Virus record (IMG/VR): IMGVR_UViG_3300021962_000082
Span: 6,475-70,474 of that record
DNA from: a virus
Reading direction: 5' to 3' (one strand)
DNA: 64,000 bases
Made by a program: the position numbers and the translations under genes. The notes beneath the pieces were generated by a model that had not been told where the DNA came from, did not search any database, and saw nothing but the letters and a program-made list of their open reading frames with translations. Below, one piece after another: positions 56,651 to 64,000 of this stretch; position 1 is the first letter of the stretch, and each line of letters opens with the position of its first letter.

Positions 56651-58477
56651 TTAGTCCGGAGCACCACCCTTTTTAATTATATCATTGATCAAGTAGTTAA
56701 CTTGGTCATTAGTTTCCCAAACACCACCTAGCGTAGCAGTATCAATGTCAAATCCAATACTGGTGTTTGTGCCAACTAACCCGTCATCACCAACTTTAAA
56801 CTCAACATCGACAGGATTGCCCTGCAAGTTCTGATCTTTGCCCGAAGTATTGGTTAACAATATTTCAAGTTCATCATCATTTAGTTCCCAAGTTGCACTA
56901 AAGCCTTTTGCAGCCTTAACATCAAGTATATCAAGCAGCGCAAGTGCTTCTTGATCGCCGGTTACTTTGATGTTTAGTGTTACTGATTCACCATCAGCAA
57001 TTTTACCCAACTGCTCTCCGGAACGATCTTGGAACTGTACATTAAACGATATTGGCTCTTCCTCTTCCAATGTGTATGCTTGATCGCTGTTGTTTCCGCC
57101 TTGAGACATAAACCAATTTTCACCAGTTTCCTCTACAGGCCAGGGCGTGTAATCGATGTCAGTATCAGTTAACACTTCCTGATCAGTTTCTACGGTTGTG
57201 TTAGTATTGGGTTGCTCACTGCTATCAACACCATCAACAACAGGATCGCTTCTAACAACACTTGATGTTCCGTCTGGATAGGTTGTTGTAGTTACAGTAA
57301 CTTGATATGTTGTTGTAGTTGTTACTACAAGTTCACCAGTGGTAACATCTCTGGAGTAATCAACAGTTGTAGTTGTAGTTGTGGTGATAATATCACGTTC
57401 ATTTTCTTCATCAGCGGTTGTTGTGGTTTCTGTAGTTGTATTACGACCAGTTTCTGCCCACTCACCATATACTGTTTCCAGCGGTGTTCTTTCAGTTGTG
57501 GTTTCTGTGTAGTACTCGTATGTTACAGTAACAACTGGTTCCGCTGGCCATGGATCATAATCAACGTTGGTATCAGTTGATACTTCTTGATTGGTTTGTT
57601 GCGTTGTAGTTGTTGTTGTTTCTGTGCTAGTCTCAACATTATCAACAACTGGGTCAGCCCTGGATACTGTAACAGTTCCGTCTGGATTGGTTGTTGTTGT
57701 AACTTCTACTTTGTATGTAGTAGTTGTAGTAGTTGTAATTTCTGACGTTGTTACGTCACGTGACAAGTCAACAGTGGTTGTGGTAGTTGTAGTAACTACA
57801 TTTTGCTTATTATCTTCATCAGCAGTAGTTGATGTATCTGTAGTTGTGTTGCGTCCAACTTCTGTCCAAGATCCGTAAGTTGTGTCGCCTGGTACTGTGC
57901 TTGTTGTAACTTCTGTATAGTATTCGTATGTGATAGCGACAACTGGTTCTGCTGGGGGTTCTGCGGGCGGCTCTGTTACTGTTGATGGTTCTTGTTCTGT
58001 CGGTAATGCGTCACCAACTAGCACTTCTGGTCTTCCTGGAGGAGTGAAGTTATAGTTAAAGGACAGTGGATTGACTCCCTCTGCAATGCGTAATAGTTGT
58101 ACAAAACTACTACCACTACCTTCGCCGCCTCCTGCGCCCAAACCAGCAGCAGTTGCATCTAAGTTTTCTAATAAATCACCACTACCGTCTAATGATTGTA
58201 TAACTGAATTAATATCAGCAGAGTTGGCAACTGCTGCTTCTTTTGCTGTGGGTAGCAGTTCTGTGTTGAATACAGAGTTGTCTATTGCTACTGTTTGTCC
58301 GGGCTCTAATGCAAGTGTCTCACCGCTTGCATCAGCAAGAACAATGCTGCCCTGTCCCGTTATGATTTTGTCGGTGTCAGCTATTGCATCACCAACTTTT
58401 AATTCACGAATGCTTCCGTCTTGTGCTTGGGCAAGAACTTTGCCGCTTATTTCTTTTACTGTGGCGATTGTAGCCAT
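56651..58477 (-). CDS. LapA-type retention-module protein (T1SS adhesin-like) with two Thr-rich repeats
   Basis: DG..R.L..GD N-domain, DLLENLDATAAG-Gly linker, SFVQLLRI.E; AAGGAG SD. Confidence 0.8.
   Translation of the reverse strand: MATIATVKEISGKVLAQAQDGSIRELKVGDAIADTDKIITGQGSIVLADASGETLALEPGQTVAIDNSVFNTELLPTAKEAAVANSADINSVIQSLDGSGDLLENLDATAAGLGAGGGEGSGSSFVQLLRIAEGVNPLSFNYNFTPPGRPEVLVGDALPTEQEPSTVTEPPAEPPAEPVVAITYEYYTEVTTSTVPGDTTYGSWTEVGRNTTTDTSTTADEDNKQNVVTTTTTTTVDLSRDVTTSEITTTTTTTYKVEVTTTTNPDGTVTVSRADPVVDNVETSTETTTTTTQQTNQEVSTDTNVDYDPWPAEPVVTVTYEYYTETTTERTPLETVYGEWAETGRNTTTETTTTADEENERDIITTTTTTTVDYSRDVTTGELVVTTTTTYQVTVTTTTYPDGTSSVVRSDPVVDGVDSSEQPNTNTTVETDQEVLTDTDIDYTPWPVEETGENWFMSQGGNNSDQAYTLEEEEPISFNVQFQDRSGEQLGKIADGESVTLNIKVTGDQEALALLDILDVKAAKGFSATWELNDDELEILLTNTSGKDQNLQGNPVDVEFKVGDDGLVGTNTSIGFDIDTATLGGVWETNDQVNYLINDIIKKGGAPD
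57140..57955 (-). repeat. intragenic tandem duplication, 2 x 408 bp (136 aa)
   Basis: Both units run PAEPVV..TYEYYTE..GRNTTT..SRDVTT..PDGT..DPVVD..DY.PW. Confidence 0.9.
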
Positions 58478-58573
58478 GATGGTTTCTCCTTGTTACGTAT
58501 TACTATCAGTTCACAATAAGTGTAGCTGACTGTATAGGTAGTGGAAGAACCTAATCCTCACATCCTCTGTATC

Positions 58574-58601
58574 ATTATAACAATATTTATACGGGTGTCA
58601 A
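58574..58601 (-). promoter_or_regulatory. sigma70 promoter with nested late TATAAATA box
   Basis: Minus strand TTGACA-16 nt-TATAAT; TATAAATA (58584-58591) lies in the spacer. Confidence 0.7.
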
Positions 58602-58640
58602 TGCAATTAAATGCCAATAGTATTGTACAAAAGTACTATT

Positions 58641-58934
58641 TTACTGGTCACTGGTATTGTTTACGTAGGTATTCAAATTTGGTTCTGTTAAAACCAATGG
58701 TTCCCCAAAATCACCAAACTCCGCAGTATGGAGCATGTATAGATGCATGATTTTCATGTACACTTCTTTGTCAAAACCTTCTTGGAATCGATTATGTTTG
58801 ATCAACAGTGATTTTAAGTAATCGTGACAATCGCGGGTCCCTAACTTAGATTCAATCTTAGGAGACAATCTTTTGGTTGCACTAAAAATTTCTTTTAGTT
58901 CTATTACCATCTGCGATAGGTTTTTCTGGTGCAT
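58641..58934 (-). CDS. hypothetical protein
   Basis: 97 aa with R.GF...V motif; TAAATA 4 nt upstream. Confidence 0.65.
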   Translation of the reverse strand: MHQKNLSQMVIELKEIFSATKRLSPKIESKLGTRDCHDYLKSLLIKHNRFQEGFDKEVYMKIMHLYMLHTAEFGDFGEPLVLTEPNLNTYVNNTSDQ

Positions 58935-58941
58935 CCGCTAT

Positions 58942-60261
58942 TTAGCTGTCTCTTTGTGATTTTAAATAGCGGCGGTAATACTTCCTTGCTTTGAGTAGTG
59001 TCTGCATTAGTTGTTCTTTATTTTCTTTCCTCCATTTTCTGCGGTTTTCATCTTCTACTGGATCAATTGTTTGAATTAGTTTATAATAGTTTTTTCGTGC
59101 CTCTAAAAAATTCTTGCTGGTGTTAGTATTTTCTAATTCGTTTAATGCTGTTTTTAAATTATATTTTAGCTCATCAATAATTTGATTCTCAAACATCTCA
59201 CTAAAAAAATGTTGTTTGTTGTGTGCTGTTATTTGATTAATTTTATTCCAGTTATGTTGTTGTTCTTCAGCCGTCCATTGTGTAATCTTTTTCATTTCAA
59301 CAACGATCATTTGCAAGCGTTTAACAGGATCACTTTCAAGATCATATGATTCGTCTATTATACCATCAAATGTTTTAAATCCGTAATCACGCAAGTAAGC
59401 AAGACTACCAGTCGTTGACGCTAATATAAACGGGTGCCCGCAAGCAATAGGTCTGAGTGCTTTTTCTGTAAGTTGTATTCTGCTATCGTCAAAAAGTGTT
59501 TCAAGTACTACTTCAAATTTTGTGTTAGCATAATCACTAATGTCAAAATCTGCACTTGAATTGCTGGATGCTGACGTTGTAGCAAATGTGTCTAGAATAA
59601 TTTTTGGTTTAAATAACACATTCTTAAACACATGGTTGGTATAATGTATATTGTGTTCTGGGTCTGTTGAATTGAAAGAAGTTTTACAATTATTGTGCAA
59701 ATTATTTTGCTGTAGCAATTCAACAAATTTGATTCGGTATTCTCTTGTACCGCCCCACGCACGATTGTATATTAAAAATTCTTGTTGTTCTTTCTCAGGT
59801 TTTATACTAATGTGTTTTGCGTAGCGAAACCAATCTCGTGCAATTAACGCATGCGACCAATAATAAACTGGTATAAATTGATCGTTTTTATATTTTTCAA
59901 CTTCAACTGAATTTTTTTCACTGTGAATAAGCAAACATTTATCGTACATATTTGAATAACCGAGATATCTAAGATTTAACGATTTAAAAATTTTTAATTC
60001 TACATTAAATATTTTTTTGTATTCATTGTTAAATTTTGCATCAACACATTGATAAAAATCATAATTCAATGGTTCTTGATCATAACATATTATTTCCGGA
60101 TCTAAAGTTTTCCCATAAGGCCCAACATCACCTAACATTTTTAAATCTTCAATATTTTTTGATCCATGGGGATAAAATCGATAAATTATTACATGATCAC
60201 CGCGAATTTGTTCAGCAACATCTTGAATATAGTGGTACAATCTATCTAAAGGAACACTCAT
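58942..60261 (-). CDS. AT-rich GT-B-like protein (paralog of 20116-21147)
   Basis: VVLET..LTEK..RPI..GHPF..L..YGFKTF..IIDESYD. Confidence 0.55.
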   Translation of the reverse strand: MSVPLDRLYHYIQDVAEQIRGDHVIIYRFYPHGSKNIEDLKMLGDVGPYGKTLDPEIICYDQEPLNYDFYQCVDAKFNNEYKKIFNVELKIFKSLNLRYLGYSNMYDKCLLIHSEKNSVEVEKYKNDQFIPVYYWSHALIARDWFRYAKHISIKPEKEQQEFLIYNRAWGGTREYRIKFVELLQQNNLHNNCKTSFNSTDPEHNIHYTNHVFKNVLFKPKIILDTFATTSASSNSSADFDISDYANTKFEVVLETLFDDSRIQLTEKALRPIACGHPFILASTTGSLAYLRDYGFKTFDGIIDESYDLESDPVKRLQMIVVEMKKITQWTAEEQQHNWNKINQITAHNKQHFFSEMFENQIIDELKYNLKTALNELENTNTSKNFLEARKNYYKLIQTIDPVEDENRRKWRKENKEQLMQTLLKARKYYRRYLKSQRDS

Positions 60262-60264
60262 AAT

Positions 60265-61507
60265 ATGAAAAATATCGGCTTTATTGGCATTGGAAAATTA
60301 GGGCTGGACTGCGCTGAAGTTATGGCAGAAAAGTTCACAGTCCGGGGTTATGATATTTACCCAAGAACAAGTGAGCTGATAAAAGTTTGCGGCATCGAAG
60401 AAATAGTAAATGAAAGTGAGTGGATTTTTATAGCAGTGCCCACACCCCACGAAGCGGGTTACGATGGATCAACGCCTAGCAGCCATATGACTCCAAAAGA
60501 TTTTGGGCACGGTGCTGTAAAAGATGCTATTGCCAAAATCAATCAATACGCTAAATCTCCCAAAAAGGTAGTCCTAATCAGCACAGTATTACCCGGCACC
60601 ACTCGCAGGCATTTTATCAACTTACTTGATAAACAACACCAGTTTTTATATAACCCTTACTTAATTGCTATGGGCTCAGTTAAATGGGATATGGCCAATC
60701 CAAATGGTTATGATTGGTACCGAAGATGGCAATTGGAATGGTGTTGCTAGTGAGCTTGTAGATATTTACAAGCAAATCATGCAAAATGATCCGCGCTATG
60801 AAATTGGCACATGGGACGAGTGCGAAGCGATTAAGATTTTTTATAACACATTTATCAGCGCCAAAGTTGGACTGGCCAACATGATTCAAGACTTTGCTAT
60901 GCGTATTGGCAACATTAATGTAGATGTTGTTACTAACGCACTGGCGCGTAGTACCATGCGCATCATGGGTCCCAAGTACATGACAGCGGGCATGGGAGAT
61001 GCAGGTGCTTGCCATCCCCGTGACAACATTGCCTTACGATGGCTGGCTGAAGAATATGACATTGGCTATGACTTGTTTGACACTATTATGAGTGCTCGTG
61101 AAATACAAGCAAAAAATCTAGCAGAGTTTTTGATCACGCAAAGCCAACTGGAATTGGATCTGCCAATTGTAATTCACGGCAAAGCCTACAAACCCGATGT
61201 GCCTTACTGTATTGGCAGTTACTCAACGCTGGTAGGACACTATATCAAAGAGCGCGGCATTGATGTAAGGTATGTAGATCCACTAGCCGATGATCCTACA
61301 GATGTTATTGCTTCAGTCGAAGGCGCCGCAGTTTATTTGTGGGCACACAATCGTCGTATTACATATGAATATACCGGCGATCAAAAAAATACCGAGCCTT
61401 ATTGCACAATACACCCTGGAAGTGTTATTGTTGACCCTTGGCGCACATTGCCTACCACACTAGATGGTATTAAAGTTGTACACTACGGAAATACTCGTCA
61501 AAAATAA
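60265..61507 (+). pseudogene. UDP-glucose/GDP-mannose dehydrogenase family gene split by a frameshift near 60703
   Basis: GIGKLG, AVPTP, STVLPGTT in first frame; KIFYN, GACHPRD, KAYKP in the +1 frame. Confidence 0.8.
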
Positions 61508-62019
61508 TGCATAACATAAAAAAATATCAGTTGTACAAATTCTGGGACGACGAGTACAAAACGTTAAACTATATCAATGAACCGTTCAATGATGTGGCGT
61601 TATCTGCCAAGTGGACGGCACAAGGTTATCCCAATAAGTTTACTGGAGACATGTGCGACATGCGGAGCAGTCAGCCTTCTTGGAACCAACGCTTCGTTGA
61701 TATTTTTGTGGCACAAGGATGGCGGGATATCGGCACCAGTTATTATCGTATGAACACTGGAACGGTGTTGCCCACGCACGGCGATCTTTACTTGAAATAT
61801 ATACAGGTACACGGCTTACAAGGACAAGAATCCAGTATACGCCGTGCTGTAATATTTTTAAATGATTGGGAGCCCGGACACTATGCTGAATACTGTGGAG
61901 AGCCGTATGTAAATTGGTCAGCAGGATCCACAATAGAATGGGCTTATGATGCACCGCACATGGCAGCTAACTTGGGTTTAACTCCTAGATACACGCTTCA
62001 AATTACTGGACACATATGA
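61507..62019 (+). CDS. cupin/2OG-Fe(II) oxygenase-like protein
   Basis: LPTHGD, PHMAAN.G..PRYTLQITG. Confidence 0.65.
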   Translation: MHNIKKYQLYKFWDDEYKTLNYINEPFNDVALSAKWTAQGYPNKFTGDMCDMRSSQPSWNQRFVDIFVAQGWRDIGTSYYRMNTGTVLPTHGDLYLKYIQVHGLQGQESSIRRAVIFLNDWEPGHYAEYCGEPYVNWSAGSTIEWAYDAPHMAANLGLTPRYTLQITGHI

Positions 62020-62933
62020 TTGATAGCCGCAATGAATGGGACCCACTAGAGGAAATTGTAGTGGGCAGCGCCAGTGGTGCCAACTGGCCATCTACAGATC
62101 CGGTGTTTGCCGAAGAAGCAGCCAAAACGTCATGGACCGAAACACCGGTGCCTTCGGGTCCTGTACCCAATTGGATTGTTGAAGAAGCTAATGTAGAACT
62201 TGATCAATTAGTAGAAATATTAGTTGACTATGGTACTGTAGTACGCAGGCCGCGACCTTTAGATTTTGTAGCACGGGGCGGTATGTACAACTACTGTCCC
62301 CGTGATCGGCTGATTGTGGCCGGAGATACACTGGTAGATTGTAATATGATGTATCCTTGCCGCAATCAAGAAATTGAAGCATTAGAACAAGTTACAAGTC
62401 AAGCCAAACGAATATTCACTATGCCCCGGAATAGCGGTATGGTGTTGGATGCTGCCAATGTTTGCCGCCTTGGGGATACTTGGCTGTATTTGGAAAGTTA
62501 TAGTGGTAATCGTGCTGCATATGAATGGCTGTGCAATCAATTCCCCCAAATCAAAATTGAACTGTGTAATTTTTATTCAGGTGTACACATTGATTCTACT
62601 GTTGTTCCCATACGAGAAGGATTGGTGCTGCTAAACGGTTCGCGAGTAAACAACAGCAATTGCCCCAATGCATTTGATTCCTGGGAGAAAATATACGTGG
62701 AGGATGTGGTACCACAAGGATTTTATCAATATCCTTATGCGTCCAAATGGATTGCCATGAACATGTTAGTGCTAGACCCACGCACAGTTATTGTTGATAG
62801 TCATCAAACTAAGCTAATTACAACACTAAAGTCAAAAGGTGTGGACGCCATACCGCATACACTAAGTCACAGCCGCACACTAGGCGGGGGTTTTCATTGT
62901 GTAACACTTGACTTACGGAGGAAACATGTCTGA
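62016..62933 (+). CDS. amidinotransferase (glycine/inosamine-phosphate amidinotransferase family)
   Basis: NEWDPLEE, CPRD, DAAN, HIDST, GGGFHCVT.D. Confidence 0.9.
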   Translation: MIDSRNEWDPLEEIVVGSASGANWPSTDPVFAEEAAKTSWTETPVPSGPVPNWIVEEANVELDQLVEILVDYGTVVRRPRPLDFVARGGMYNYCPRDRLIVAGDTLVDCNMMYPCRNQEIEALEQVTSQAKRIFTMPRNSGMVLDAANVCRLGDTWLYLESYSGNRAAYEWLCNQFPQIKIELCNFYSGVHIDSTVVPIREGLVLLNGSRVNNSNCPNAFDSWEKIYVEDVVPQGFYQYPYASKWIAMNMLVLDPRTVIVDSHQTKLITTLKSKGVDAIPHTLSHSRTLGGGFHCVTLDLRRKHV

Positions 62934-63987
62934 TTCAACAATTACAGCTACAGCTATTAGTATTGATACTAGTAGTATCAAAAACCTAGTGGACCAAGCC
63001 ATTGAAACAAACATTTTAACCGCAGTTGAATCGTTGTCCTCTGATCCTGTTTGGTTAGAAAAAATTGAAAACATGATTAACCAAGCAGTAGTGCGCCGCA
63101 CCCTTGAGCGTGTTGGTTCTATTGACATTAACACAGTGGTTCATCAGTGTGTAAATGAAAACATGGCCAAAATACGACTGGACTTATTAACTAATTTTGC
63201 CAGCACTGGTATTGACGATAAAGCCACTGCGTGTCAATTAACCATTATGGATGATGCTACAGTGGTTGAAAATACATTAACTGCGCGAGATGGAAATTTT
63301 GTAGAGTCCGTTACAGTCAAGGATTTGTCAGTTACTGGATCGATTAATGGGGACGATAGGTGTTGGCTTCCACTGGCCAATACTATTAGCGCCAAAACAC
63401 TGGCTAAACTTGACCAGGACTGGCGCGACCAATTAGTGGCTCAAGTGGCTGAAAAAATTCGAACCGACGGTATTGCTATTGACAATATTAAAGTTGATGA
63501 ATATCAATTAGTATCTAATGCTGGCCTGGCTAGATCTATTACACAAAGCAATTTACAAAAAGTAGGGCGACTGCAGGAGTTGACAGTAGACGGCGAAACA
63601 CACTTGAATGAAACAGTTGTAGTGGTTAAAAAACGTCTAGGTGTTAATACTGAGCAACCCGACGCAGCACTAAACGTTTGGGATGAAGAAGTTAGTGTAT
63701 CCATGGGCAAGTACAAGCACCAAGAAGCGTATATCGGAACCAACCGCAATCAAGCATTAAACATTGGCATTGGACGAACACCGCAAATAACATTGGGTGC
63801 GGATGGCATTACCAGTATCAATAAATTGCGTGTGGCGCAATATGCAATCGGTCACGGCACCACCGTTCCGGGCTACTCGGGTACCAAGGGCGATATTGTG
63901 TTTAATGTGGATCCACTGCCTGGCAGCGCCTTTGCTTGGGTTTGCTTAGGCGGCTATAATTGGAAGGTACTCAAGGCGGCGGAATGA
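62926..63987 (+). CDS. probable virion/tail-associated protein
   Basis: S.LQKVG.L..L.V, RLGVNT..P, KGDIVFN..P....WVC; GGAGG SD before MSDST. Confidence 0.55.
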   Translation: MSDSTITATAISIDTSSIKNLVDQAIETNILTAVESLSSDPVWLEKIENMINQAVVRRTLERVGSIDINTVVHQCVNENMAKIRLDLLTNFASTGIDDKATACQLTIMDDATVVENTLTARDGNFVESVTVKDLSVTGSINGDDRCWLPLANTISAKTLAKLDQDWRDQLVAQVAEKIRTDGIAIDNIKVDEYQLVSNAGLARSITQSNLQKVGRLQELTVDGETHLNETVVVVKKRLGVNTEQPDAALNVWDEEVSVSMGKYKHQEAYIGTNRNQALNIGIGRTPQITLGADGITSINKLRVAQYAIGHGTTVPGYSGTKGDIVFNVDPLPGSAFAWVCLGGYNWKVLKAAE

Positions 63988-64000
63988 GAATCAATTGGGT

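Noticed and set aside
57140-57955. Diversity-generating retroelement TR/VR pair
   Set aside because: The repeats are in-frame tandem domains differing at all base types, and no reverse transcriptase is in the window
57591-58529. Plus-strand Val-rich ORFs (57591-57878, 58071-58529)
   Set aside because: Antisense shadows of the Thr-rich minus-strand gene
1-64000. CRISPR array, tRNA or rRNA genes
   Set aside because: Intergenic gaps are short and no regularly spaced repeats or cloverleaf-like sequence were seen by eye; a tRNAscan-SE run would be needed to exclude tRNAs fully
1-64000. Stop-codon reassignment as in some jumbo phages
   Set aside because: Core genes are full length under the standard code and TAA, TAG and TGA all terminate genes

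Overview
A 64-kb, gene-dense segment of a large tailed phage (T4-related jumbo myophage type, standard genetic code; ClpX, IscU, Csp and a LapA-type protein suggest a proteobacterial host). It contains a recombination/replication core (UvsX end, UvsY, UvsW, primase, DnaB-like helicase, DNA ligase, PD-(D/E)XK exonuclease, NrdAB, glutaredoxin, a 192-aa miniature DnaE-like protein), virion genes (PAAR, baseplate/tail, putative head-internal proteins), two sugar-modification clusters (987-8084, 58942-62933) and host-like auxiliary genes (CspA, IscU, IscA, ClpX, ClpS, Hsp20, desaturase). Sigma70-type promoters and T4-late-like TAAATA boxes are visible, many positioned to give leaderless mRNAs. The most unusual region is a minus-strand envelope module (51249-58477): a LapA-type retention-module mini-adhesin with an intact TAAG LapG site, a class 3 lipase, a holin-like protein, an ExbB/MotA-ExbD/MotB-like pair, an M15 peptidase and a thaumatin-like protein. 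AT-rich single-gene cassettes interrupt core operons; one (the desaturase) is flanked by a perfect 27-bp direct repeat. No tRNA, rRNA or CRISPR array was seen. All assignments come from motif recognition by eye, with no database search.
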